Of a stretch of 64,000 nt of DNA, positions 51,365 through 63,506 are shown in pieces; positions within the stretch are counted from its first letter, which is position 1; every line of letters starts with the position of its first letter. This stretch comes from Eledone cirrhosa (lineage: Eukaryota). Both the position numbers and the translations under genes were made by a program. The stretch is from NCBI GenBank assembly GCA_964016885.1, contig OZ024741.1, positions 272,428,001 through 272,492,000 on the forward strand, in the 5' to 3' direction. The notes below the pieces were generated by a model, which searched no databases, was not told the origin of the DNA, and worked only from the letters and a program-made list of their open reading frames with translations.

Positions 51365-51539
51365 TATACACATATATATATATCTATATATATATATTGT
51401 TATACTTTGGGAGGGTCATGTTGCCAATAAGAAACACACGCACCAGTTGCTTTCACTTCAATTTATTATAATAAATTTATAAATTTATAAATTTCTGGTT
51501 GGTTGGTTGGTTCCACAACCAGATAGTTGTTTATATATT

Positions 51540-51582
51540 GTCATAGTTCTTTCGTCACACACTCTGTGACCTCTTCAGTGAC
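51540..51582 (-). ncRNA. Minimal type I hammerhead in inverted pLTR
   Basis: Exact reverse complement of 56730-56772. Confidence 0.8.
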
Positions 51583-52575
51583 TGGGGATTCCTTTCTTTG
51601 TTTCTGTGCCTCTCCTTTGTTCTGTCCTACGCCATTTTGTTTCTGTGTGTGTTGTGTGTTCAGTCTGCGCATGCGTCACATAATTCTAAACATAAAAAAG
51701 AAGATCTATAGAGAATTAAGTCATCAAGAAAAATATAAGCGTAACCTAATACAAGAAATAGCTAGGATCACCACACCAAGAGAGAAACTAATATTTATAA
51801 GCCTTATACGTCCTGAAGAACAGTACATTACCCAAGAATGTGATAAGCACTTTAACAAGAAACTAAAGTGGCTTAAGCAGATAAAGCTAAATCAGGATAC
51901 TATAGAGAATACCAATAGATATCCCGACAAAATTGACGGTATAAATATGGCCGACACCTCATTAACAGATGAGTTCAACAACAACAACAACACAAATATA
52001 TACGGCAACACAGTAATAGATGACGATGAGTTATCTGTATTATGTCTACCCCCGAAATTTGCGACATTCAAGAAGGTAAATATGATTAGTTTTCTGTCAG
52101 AAATAGAAAAATCATTTACAAAACTACGCTGGAGCCTCAAAAACAAAAACAAAAGCAACAATATACGCACACACATATACAACACACATCCCAACAACAA
52201 CAGACACACAGACACAAACAACAATAACAACAACACACACACCAACAACAACAATAATAACATACCCAGAAACAACAACAACAGACACGCAGACACAAAC
52301 AACAATAACAACACACACAACAATAATAACACACACGGAGACAACAACAACACACATCAACAACAGCACACATCAACAACAACAACACACACACATTCAA
52401 TGCCTCTCACCACCACCACAATCTTAACAAACACACAGACACAGAAAACAAGTAATGACAGTAGCACAGAAATCACAGAAATAAGGGAAAGTAATAAGAT
52501 TAAAAGGAGAAGGGAGACTAAGGACAAAGAAAATAACCAAGACGAACACACAAACACACAAAATAGGGTAGATAA

Positions 52576-53993
52576 TAATAATAATGAAATTATTGTGTAA
52601 AGTGCTCAGGTGCACTACAACTCGTCAATATAGTACATAGAATAATACACAAATGCCAGGGAAGTACATGTTTGTATGTGTTAGCTGTAGTGTTGGCGGA
52701 TCTCGGGAAGCATGGAGGCCTTAAAGGATGCAGTGTCTCGACAGCTAACAACTGATGCAGGTAGTTTGTTCCATGCTTCAGCAACTCTGAGCGTGAAAAA
52801 ATGTTTCCGAAAGTCATGGGAACTGTGCTGTTTTCTTACTTTGTGGGCATGTCCACGTGTGTTAGACACGTGGAAATCGAAAAGGCACTCAGGGTTGTTG
52901 TTGGCAACATGGTTAACAATTTTGTGGGTGTTTACCAAGTCAGTTGCCAGGCGTCGGAGCTTCAATGAATCCATGCCCAGGGAAGCAAGGCGCTCAGAGT
53001 ATGGTAGATGCCTGATGGAGGGTATTCGCTTGGTTGCACGTCTCTGAACAGTTTCCAGGCAGTCAATGTCCTGAGCAAGATAGGGGTTCCAGACTGGTGA
53101 TGCAAATTCTAAGTGTGGTCGCACCATAGCTGTATACAGCCTTAAATAGATATCTGGAGAGCGGCTGACAAAGGTCTTGCTGAGTGATGCTAAGACACCC
53201 TCGGCCCTCTTGACAATTTTAGAGACGTGCCTCGTCCAACGCAAATCGCTGCTGACCGTAATGCCCAGGTCACGTTCACAGGAAGACTTCTTGATATTAG
53301 TGCTGTGGAGGGAGTATGTGGACGCTGGGTTTTTACTCCCAAAATGCATGGTGGTGCACTTGTCCACAGCTAGCTTGAGTTGCCAGTCTGAGATCCACTG
53401 TTGCATTGTGTCCAGGTCAGACTGCAAGCAAGATCTATAGTGTTCAGGATCTGTCCTTTTTATCTCAAGGTACAGCTTGATGTCGTCTGCGTACTTTAGT
53501 ACTGTGGCATTCCTTAAGTTGGCATCTATGTCATTAATATATGCCACAAACAAAAGGGGGCCAAGAACAGATCCCTGAGGTACACCAGATGACATCTCAT
53601 ATGGTGAGGAATGCTGTCCCAGAACCGTGACTACCTCTCTTCAACTGAGAATGAAGGACTTCAACCAGTTAAAAAGATCATCCTTCACACCCATTGCAGA
53701 GAGTTTTGCCATAAGCCTTTTGTGTGGCACAGAATTGAAGGCCTTCGCAAAGTCAAGGTAAACAACATCCACCCATGAGCCGCCATCAGTGATCCGGGTG
53801 ATGTCCTCAAGAAACTCTATAAGTTGATCACAGCAGCTGGAGTTGGGGATAAATCCAAATTGCGAGGGCCGGATAAGACTGTGAGAGCTCCAGAAGTTCA
53901 AAGTGTTTCTCTGACACAGGATTCCATCAGTTTGGCGATGCAACTAGTAAGACTGACTGGACGATAGTTCACAGGTGATGTGCGGTCACCCTT
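52576..53993 (-). mobile_element. CR1/L2-group LINE, 5'-truncated, nested in the PLE
   Basis: ORFs 52681-53595 and 53641-53943 are the same family as 38553-41610. TSD tagataa at 52569-52575 and 53994-54000. Removing it rejoins the PLE frame (NRVDNNN-EPVERD). Confidence 0.93.
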
Positions 53994-56729
53994 TAGATAA
54001 CAACAATGAGCCAGTGGAAAGAGACAGGAGTAATTATGAGAGACATAGAAACAACCATGAGGCTGTTGGTGGAAATAGAAATAGAAACAACACAACTAAC
54101 AATAACAATAGCACTAGTACACATAAAGCAGCAGCCTGGAACTCTACTTTTTATAATCCCTCCGATAAATCGTTCGACCTGCGACGAGTCCACGCCACGA
54201 CTTTACCATTTAACAAACGCACGCAATTGCCGTCGCAGGTCGATGAACAAACAGAAGCACAATTTAGTATAACTAGATCCGAACTTAGAAATATTATAGA
54301 ACAGTATAGCAAGAAGCATAATAGAATAGAGGCCCAGCAACTGGGAGAAGAATCTGCAAATGGCTTGCGTAAGCTCATGCAGCGCTCGCGTAATGGAGAG
54401 ATAGCATGCTTTCCAACAGACAAGTCTGGCAGAATGTCGGTTGACAGCCTGCCAAACTACATCCAGGCAATGCAACCCCACATCACTAACTCACTAACAC
54501 AAGAGAGGTAACACCACAGGAGCATGAGGATAGAGAAAAAGCCCTCAATGCCCATATGGTGATGTGGACGAATATAATGCAGCCCAACAAAAGGACTGCC
54601 AACAACTTCCAGGCCTGGAACAATGACGTGCCGGCGTTGTATGGGCTTCGAAAAGACCATAAAACGGGCAGTGACCCTGTCGCGGGACCACCAACACGGC
54701 CAGTCTGTGGAGCTAACATTGCTAGTAACTACAGACTGTCCTACTTCCTCTCCCTGATCATACGCCCCATCATTGAAATGTCCCCAGATGTATGTGACAG
54801 CACGGAGGACCTCCTCAGCAGAATCGGCGTGAGTAACCGATCTAGGGACCTAACAAACTGCATAATAGGTAGTATGGATGTTGTGTCCCTGTATCCATCT
54901 ATTGACGTGGATTTTGCTGTGGAGAAATGCGTAGAAATGATCAGCGAGAGCAGGGTTGAGTTCCGTGGGATTGATACCAGTGAGCTGGGACTCCTAATTA
55001 AACTTACCTATAGTAATAATTACCTAGACACATATGACCTTAGCAACCTGTGCCCTACAAGACCAGCAAGAGGCAGACCACCTACCATTACCTCAATGGC
55101 CAAGAAAACCCACACAGATAGATGGAACGGGTGGACCAGAGCCATACGGACACCCAAAAACCACGATGAACTGAAGAAAATGATTGCACATGCAGTAGGG
55201 GCCAGCATAAAACTAACCCTTAAGGAACATATGTTCAAATTTAATGGAAAAACATATGCCCAAGAGGAAGGAGCAGCCATCGGTGTTAGCATTGCAGGCG
55301 ACATAGCTAACTTATTCATGGTATGGTGGGACAGTAGACTTAAACTTAAACTTAAAGAACAATTAGAAGACCCCCTTAACCCTGATAATGTACTCCCGCT
55401 ACGTTGATGATATAAACATCGTAGTTAAGACACCCCCACTAGAGAACAGTCAGGAACTAGAGAAAAACACAATGGAAAGCATCCAGCAAATAGCTAACTC
55501 CATCCACCAGAGCATTAGAGTTACTATAGACTACCCAAGTAAACACCCCAACCATCGATTACCTGTACTAGACACAGAGCTCTGGTTAGATACCATTAAT
55601 AACAAAAAACAAATCCTCCATTCCCAATATGCCAAACCCATGACTTCCAAACATCTGATCCACCGAAACTCGGCCGTTTCGGACCATACCAAAATCAACA
55701 TACTGATTGCGGATTTGGTACGGGTGATGAGAAATGTGTCCCGCATGTGCAACCCCGAAGAACTAGAGAGACACATACAACACTTCATCCACCGTATGCA
55801 GTTCTCTGGCTACAATCAGAGAGATAAAATCAGAGTGTATAGAGGAGCCAGAACCAAATGGGAAAAAATGGTAAATAACGACATAAATGGGACCTGCCCC
55901 TTGTATAGGAGCAAATTTTGGAATAGAATAGAAAGAACTAGGAACAAGGCTAATAGAATAAACTCATGTTATGATAGCAATAAATACCAGAGTGTAATGT
56001 TCATCGATACAACCCCTAGAGGTGAATTAGCTTACAAATTTAGAAGGGCCCTAAATAAACATAAACTCAATATTAAGATAGTAGAAAGACCAGGTACCTC
56101 CGTAAAAACACTTATTAGCAAGACATACCCTTTTCAAAGACCCTCATGTATAGATAAGAAATGTATAACATGTAAAATAAGCCCCCATATTAACTGTAAA
56201 ACTAGAAATGTAGTGTATAGCATAAGATGTACTGAAGGACAATGTAGAGACAAAAATATAGTGTACATAGGTGAGACAGCTCGTAGTGTAGGGGAACGGA
56301 TAAATGAACACTGGCGAGACCTTCAAGATAGTAAAGAATCATCTGTACTCTACCAACGTGCTAAAATAGAACACAAGGGTAAATTAGAGAACATAGAAAT
56401 AAAAATAGAATCTACACACAGAAAAGACGCAATGTTTAGACAAATTACAGAGGCAATAAACATAAAAGAATTACAACCAAAATTAAATAGAAAATATGAG
56501 TGGAACAGCAACATCACAACTTACAATTAAGGACAAAATGAAAACACACACACACAGAACAAACAACCAACCAGTAACATGTAAATAAACAAATAAATAA
56601 ATGAACATAAACACACACAGACACCCAGATGTGGCGCATGCGCAGACTGAGCACACAACACACACACAGAAACAAAATGGCGTAGGACAGAACAAAGGAG
56701 AGGCACAGAAACAAAGAAAGGAATCCCCA

Positions 56730-56772
56730 GTCACTGAAGAGGTCACAGAGTGTGTGACGAAAGAACTATGAC
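56730..56772 (+). ncRNA. Minimal type I hammerhead in PLE pLTR
   Basis: gtca-CTGAAGA-g-gtcaca(gagtg)tgtgac-GAAA-gaac-TA-tgac. Confidence 0.8.
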
Positions 56773-57113
56773 AATATATAAACAACTATCTGGTTGTGGA
56801 ACCAACCAACCAACCAGAAATTTATAAATTTATTATAATAAATTGAAGTGAAAGCAACTGGTGCGTGTGTTTCTTATTGGCAACATGACCCTCCTAAAGT
56901 ATAACAATATCGGTTTCAACACACGATTTCAGATAAAGAATCTTGCTAAACAAATTCAGAAACGAAATATATATATATATATATATATGTGAATATAGAC
57001 ATAGAATATTCGAAAATATTCTGTATGTTTATAATAAACATTTTGAAGACCTAATCGCTATAGAATAGAATACGTCACGTATTACAATTAGATTCTCGAC
57101 AAAAGCAAGGGAA

Positions 57114-57156
57114 GTAATCTACGCGTTTCATTCTAGTTAGAAATCATCAGGACTAC
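57114..57156 (-). ncRNA. Minimal type I hammerhead ribozyme
   Basis: Reverse complement of 57481-57523. Confidence 0.85.
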
Positions 57157-57423
57157 ATATCCAGTGCTTTTATCGAGAATGACACAGCTAGAGACTTATA
57201 GAATACTTAGCTGTGTACAGGAACTGGTTTGAAAGAGCGGTTGCCGGTCCGGCAGAAATTAGAAATTGGAATAAATGCTCTGAAATAGCGATATATATGT
57301 GAATATAGACATAGAATATTCGAAAATATTCTGTATGTTTATAATAAACATTTTGAAGACCTAATCGCTATAGAATAGAATACGTCACGTATTACAATTA
57401 GATTCTCGACAAAAGCAAGGGAA

Positions 57424-57466
57424 GTAATCTACGCGTTTCATTCTAGTTAGAAATCATCAGGACTAC
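57424..57466 (-). ncRNA. Minimal type I hammerhead ribozyme
   Basis: Reverse complement of 57481-57523. Confidence 0.85.
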
Positions 57467-57480
57467 ATATCCAGTGCTAT

Positions 57481-57523
57481 GTAGTCCTGATGATTTCTAA
57501 CTAGAATGAAACGCGTAGATTAC
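57481..57523 (+). ncRNA. Minimal type I hammerhead ribozyme
   Basis: gtagtc-CTGATGA-t-ttcta(ac)tagaa-t-GAAA-cgcg-TA-gattac. Stem I is 6 bp with one G-U, stem III is the palindrome acgcgt, and cleavage is predicted after 57517. Confidence 0.88.
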
Positions 57524-57790
57524 TTCCCTTGCTTTTGTCGAGAATCTAATTGTAATACGTGACGTATTCTATTCTATAGCGATTAGGTCTTCAAAATGTT
57601 TATTATAAACATACAGAATATTTTCGAATATTCTATGTCTATATTCACATATATATCGCTATTTCAGAGCATTTATTCCAATTTCTAATTTCTGCCGGAC
57701 CGGCAACCGCTCTTTCAAACCAGTTCCTGTACACAGCTAAGTATTCTATAAGTCTCTAGCTGTGTCATTCTCGATAAAAGCACTGGATAT

Positions 57791-57833
57791 GTAGTCCTGA
57801 TGATTTCTAACTAGAATGAAACGCGTAGATTAC
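57791..57833 (+). ncRNA. Minimal type I hammerhead ribozyme
   Basis: Identical to 57481-57523. Confidence 0.88.
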
Positions 57834-58100
57834 TTCCCTTGCTTTTGTCGAGAATCTAATTGTAATACGTGACGTATTCTATTCTATAGCGATTAGGTCT
57901 TCAAAATGTTTATTATAAACATACAGAATATTTTCGAATATTCTATGTCTATATTCACATATATATCGCTATTTCAGAGCATTTATTCCAATTTCTAATT
58001 TCTGCCGGACCGGCAACCGCTCTTTCAAACCAGTTCCTGTACACAGCTAAGTATTCTATAAGTCTCTAGCTGTGTCATTCTCGATAAAAGCACTGGATAT

Positions 58101-58143
58101 GTAGTCCTGATGATTTCTAACTAGAATGAAACGCGTAGATTAC
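58101..58143 (+). ncRNA. Minimal type I hammerhead ribozyme
   Basis: Identical to 57481-57523. Confidence 0.88.
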
Positions 58144-58307
58144 TTCCCTTGCTTTTGTCGAGAATCTAATTGTAATACGTGACGTATTCTATTCTATAGC
58201 GATTAGGTCTTCAAAATGTTTATTATAAACATACAGAATATTTTCGAATATTCTATGTCTATATTCACATATATATCGCTATTTCAGAGCATTTATTCCA
58301 ATTTCTA

Positions 58308-58338
<31 letters not shown>

Positions 58339-61300
58339 CCCAAAATACGGCGATCTTATCTTAAACCTTACATTCTCGCTTAATTCTGTCATATTTTCAT
58401 ATTCTGTCGTATTTTCATAACAAAACAAATCACTATTATATATTCCTTTAAATATATTTTGTTAAACTTGCTAAGTTTTATGCAAAACTTCGAGTACCTA
58501 TTTAAACTCTTAACCTCTGCTCCATCCCATCTTCTACCCCCTACCCATACATCATGCTGGTTCCTGCCCCCCCCCCCCCCCCCCCTCTCTATACATATAA
58601 GATAAACCCTACCAAAATTAATCAAAATCACCAACTCGCTATTTCTGGGATGGCTGTTCCTTCGGTTCCTTCGGTATAAAGTAACGTTCAAATATTTTTC
58701 TCGATTCTTCTCTCCATTCGAATCCATTCATTCAATCACTATTCTATGTCCTAATTTCACACTATATCATATTTTCACCATTCTATATCATATTTTTTTC
58801 TCTAAAAATCATATTTTCCTTATCACCGCATTTTCTCTATCGTATTTTCTTAAACAAAACAAATCTTGTATTTTCGTTTATTGTTAAATTATGCCCAAAA
58901 TACGGCGATCTTATCTTAAACCTTACATTCTCGCTAACAACCCATCATCCCTCCCACCCGCCCCCACGCACCACCATTATTACGTGGACCAATCATAAGT
59001 CAGAGGCCCATACTATCGCTTAACTGGTTGCTTTTCGATATGATGGATGGACTACGGAATTCTGGAGAGTTGAAGAGAGAAAAATGTGGACGCTCAGCGA
59101 CAATGCCAAAGATAAAGCCAAATTCACCTCGTGGACGAGAATGCAAGCACTCCTCCTTGTTTCGGCCCAGGATGGCTAACATAACCCCCCCCCCCCCGCG
59201 CCCCACCGCTCCCACCCTCCAAACGCAATCCAAAACTTCAGAGTTGGTACCATGAATGTAGGTACCTTAAAGGGTCGCTCAAACGAGGTTGTAGAAATGC
59301 TTGAACGTAAGGAGGTCGATGTTTGTTGTATTCAAGAGACCAGGTGGAGGGGAGGGTCGGCTAGATTCATCGTGGGTAAAGAACGATGCTATAAGCTTTT
59401 CTGGGTGGGAAATGACAATGGGTTGGGTGGGGTAGGAATCATGGTAGCAGAAAAGTGGGCAGATAAGATAATAGACGTAAATAGAGTGAACGACAGAATA
59501 ATTAAAATAAGACTTGTCCTCAATAAAACTACGGTGACAGTAATATCTGTGTACGCACCCCAATCCGGACTGCCCGGCGCTATAAAAGACAGATTCTACG
59601 AGACACTGATGCTCGCTACCTCCCAAATAACCGACAGTGACTATATAGTTATTGCAGGCGACCTAAATGGTCACGTTGGACAACATTGTGACGGCTATGA
59701 TGGAATCCATGGAGGCTATGGGTTCGGTACTAGAAACGAGGAAGGCTCCAGAATCCTGGAATTCTGCGACGCAAATAACTTAACTATCTGTAACACTAAC
59801 TTCAAAAACGAGACAATCACTTGATCACCTATAGATCGGGGGAACACACAAGCCAGGTAGATTATATCCTTACCAGAAGACGTGACAGAGTGTCTGTTGT
59901 TAACACTAAATCCCTCCCCCATGAAGAATTCACCTCCCAACATAGACTGATAATTAGCGACCTCATAGTCAGGACGAGACGTACTAGACAGCGGAAGAGG
60001 ACTATCCGCAGGAGAAAAATATGGAAGCTAAAGGACCCCATAGCCAGAAATAAATTTCAAAGCATATTACTTGACGCAGTAAGGAAGAGCAATTAGAGTC
60101 GTATAATATAGAGGAACAGTGGGAATTCCTGAGAGCAAACCTGCTGACGGCGGCAGACGAAGTCTGTGGCTGGAGCAGGCCTGTAGGTAGGAGGAGAGTA
60201 ACATGGTGGTGGAACAGTAAGGTGGAGGAGTCAATTAAGGCCAAAAAGCAGGCTTGGAAAGTATGGCGGGATGGGGGAAGTAGAGAAGACTATCAAGTGG
60301 CCAGGAGGGAAGCTAGGAGACAAGTGTACTTCGCAAGAAGGGAAGCAGAGGAAAGAAAGTTCAAGCATGTTCTACAACGTGAGGACCAAAAACGTGAGGT
60401 GTTCAGGATTGCCAGGCAATGTGTCAAGGAAAACTGTGATATTGTCGGGGAGAAGTGTGTACTTAACAATGATGGCATACTTGCCATCACCGACGCTGAT
60501 AAGAAGGTAGCTTGGAAGTGTCACTACGAAAGGCTTCTAAATGAGGAGAACAAATGGGAGAAAGACAGTCTCCCCCACATCGACCCAATAGAGGGACCAG
60601 CAGTGTTAGTCCAGGGTAGTACAATAAGCAAGGCAATCAAAGATATGAAGACGGGTAAGGCGGCTGGTCCTTCGGAAATAGTTGCTGAGATGCTGAAGGC
60701 ATCTGGTTCGGTGGGACACACTATGGTCACCCGGATAGTTAACCAAGTCGTACAGAATGGGGTTGTTCCGAAGGACTGGCGTAGCAGCATCATCGTTAAC
60801 TGCTATAAGGGAAAAGGAGATGCCCTAGATAGGAGTAACTATAGAGGCATTAAATTAATCGACCAGGTCATGAAGGTCACGGAAAAAGTAATAGCGCAAC
60901 TAATCAGAGAGAGAATTGATCTAGATGAAATGCAGTTCGGGTTTGTGTCAGGAAAAAGTACCACAGACGCTCTTTTCATTGTACGACAACTACAGGAGAA
61001 GTACCTAGCTAAAAGTAAACCCCTATACTTAGCTTTCGTCGACTTGGAGAAAGCCTTTGACAGAGTCCCCCGTTCCATTATCTGGTGGTCTCTTAGAAAA
61101 CTAGGTGTTGACGAATGGCTTGTGAGAGCTATACAAGCCATGTATAAAGAAACAGTCAGTAAGGTTAGAATTAACAACGAATATAGTGAAGAGTTTAGCG
61201 TAAAAGTTGGTGTCCATCAGGGCTCTGTTCTTAGCCCCCTACTATTTATTATTGCCCTTCAGGCTATAACAGAGGAGTTCAAGACCGGCTACCCATGGGA

Positions 61301-62765
61301 ACTCCTATATGCAGATGATCTAACGCTCATAGCTGAATCAATGACCGAACTAGAGAAGAAATTCCAAACATGGAAGCACGGCCTAGAATCAAAAGGCCTT
61401 AAAATTAATCTGGCTAAGACTAAAGTTCTAGTTTGTAGGAAAGAAAATAAGGCGGCGGTCCCATCTGGGAAATGGCCATGCACAGTGTGTAGGAAAGGCG
61501 TAGGTAGAAACTCATTTTATGTCCCAAATGCAAAGTATGGGTGCATAAAAGATGTAGTGGGATCACAGGTAAGCTAACTAAGATCATAGATTTTACATGT
61601 GGCCGGTGCTCTGGTGCAATAAGTAGCAGCAAGTGCCCACAAAATACTAGCTCCTTCAACTGCGCAGAGGGTTCTATAGAAATAGTGGACAGCTTCCGTT
61701 ACCTGGGTGACAAAATCAGCAGTGGGGGAGGGTGCTCTGAAAGTACAGTAGCTAGAGTCAGAACTGGATGGAAAAAGTTCAGAGAGCTTATACCACTATT
61801 AGCCGCTAGAGGGTTCTCCCTAAAAATGAAAGGCAGGTTATACGATGCCTGCATACGAACAGCAATGCTGCATGGCAGTGAGACCTGGGCATTGTGTGCA
61901 GAGGATATACGCAGACTAGAGAGGAACGAAGCTTGCATGCTCCGCTGGATATGCAATAGTAATATACATGAACGGCAAAGCATAAACGAACTAAGGAAAG
62001 AATTAGAAATAAGAGGGATCAGATGTTGTTTACTCGAGAGAAGGCTACGTTGGTACGGTCACGTGATGCGCATGAAAGACGACAGCTGTATAACAAAGTG
62101 CAGGGCAATAAAGATAGACGGTAGCCACGGAGTAGGCAGACCCAGAAAAACCTGGGACGAGCTGATAAATTCCGACCTCACACGCTTACACCTCTCCAAG
62201 ACAATGTCACTGGACCGAGACCTTTGGCGGTACTCAGTAATAGAGAAGACCCGCCTTACCTAAATACAAAGTAAAAACCTACTACAGTCAGTAGGCATCT
62301 CTATCAAAACACACCACGTCCCACCACCTCCACCCCATCCACACCGCCCCTTTCAATGTAAAGTTATGTTGGTCCCACAACATCCAGGCCGAAACAAATG
62401 AGATCGTGTAGGTATCACGACAAAAAAACACACAGTCCACGCTGTAAATGTGGCCGTGTAGGCAACACGGTAAAAACCTCCCAGCCCCACACTGTAAATG
62501 TGGTTGGTGTTAGGAAGGGCATCCAGCTGTAGAAAACCCGCCAGACAGTCTACGCTGTAATGTGGCCGTGTAGGCAACACGGTAAAAACCTCCCAGCCCC
62601 ACACTGTAAATGTGGTTGGTGTTAGGAAGGGCATCCAACTGTAGAAAACCCGCCAGACAGTCCTATGCGAGCAAGACAACCACTCTTGCCTCAAGTGGGA
62701 AAACCCCCGTCCAAACCCATGCAAGCGTGGAACACGGACGCTAAACCTGATGATGATGATGATGA
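58339..62765 (+). mobile_element. RTE-clade LINE, full-length, frameshifted (copy 7)
   Basis: A ~900-bp 5' region includes upstream ORF 59028-59255. APE-RT coding runs 59252-62263 and is broken near 59805, 60075 and 61512. The 3' UTR is duplicated and the tail is (GAT)n. Confidence 0.95.
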
Positions 62766-62788
62766 TATATATATATATATACACATAT

Positions 62789-62852
<64 letters not shown>

Positions 62853-62853
<1 letters not shown>

Positions 62854-63207
62854 ATGGAGGCACATGGCTTAGTGGTTAGAGCATTGGCCTTGCAATCGAA
62901 AGGTTGTGAGTTCAATTCTCAGACCGGGTGATGTGTTGTTTCCTTGAGCAAGACACTTTATTTCACATTGCTCCAGTTTACTCAGCTGTAGAAATGAGAT
63001 GATAGGGACTGGGGTCCATATCAGTCCACTGCAAAGTGGTCGTGGAGGTGCCACGGCAAAAAAGCACCCAGCACTCACTGTAAATGAGGTTGGTGTTAGG
63101 AAGGGCATCCAGCTGTAGAAATCAAGCCAGAATTAGTTCTCGTCCCACCCTTGCAAGCAGGGAAAAGCGGACGTAAAATGATGATGATGATGATGATGAT
63201 GATGATG
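62853..63207 (+). mobile_element. tRNA-derived SINE family 2 sharing its 3' end with the RTE LINE
   Basis: A box tggcttagtggttaga and B-box-like gagttcaattctc; central ccttgagcaagacactt block; tail gttggtgttaggaagggcatccagctgtagaaa...(GAT)n as in the RTE 3' UTR. Confidence 0.85.
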
Positions 63208-63506
63208 TGTGTGTATATATATAGATATATAGATATATACATATATACACATATATATATATATATAATATATATATACATATACACATATATATATATA
63301 TATAATATATATATACATATACACATATATATATATATATAATATATATATACATATACACACATATATATATATATAAATATATATATATATATTAAAA
63401 TAACAGATTAAAGTTTCACCCTTAACAGGATCTTCTGAAACTAACAAAGTCAATCTGTGAACGGTTGCAACCGGAGGAAGACAGGAAGATGATACTTTGG
63501 TTCGTG

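Larger units (their letters stand above)
51394..56967 (+). mobile_element. Penelope-like element (Neptune-like), near full-length, disabled; family B
   Basis: Inverted pLTR at 51394-51681 and direct pLTR at about 56629-56967. Coding pieces are 51682-52575, 53994-54511, 54510-55407 and 55388-56530. RT motifs: TDKSG, RPV, SMDVVSLYPSI, QEEGAAIG, RYVDD. These are followed by the Cys-rich linker CIDKKCITC...C and GIY-YIG VVY...YIGET...ERINEH. (TA)n flanks both sides. Confidence 0.93.
56981..58308. mobile_element. 310-bp tandem hammerhead repeat array (retrozyme-like) with fold-back inversion
   Basis: The period is exactly 310 (hammerheads start at 57481, 57791, 58101 on + and at 57114, 57424 on -). 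About 1.6 units are inverted and about 2.7 units are direct. There is no ORF, and (TA)n flanks both sides. Confidence 0.9.

Noticed and set aside
56981-58308. CRISPR-like or plain satellite interpretation of the array
   Set aside because: The units are identical with no variable spacers, the context is eukaryotic, and each unit carries a ribozyme fold.
62853-62930. tRNA gene calls at SINE heads (also 6480-6570)
   Set aside because: They have A/B-box-like motifs but no complete cloverleaf, and they continue into SINE bodies.
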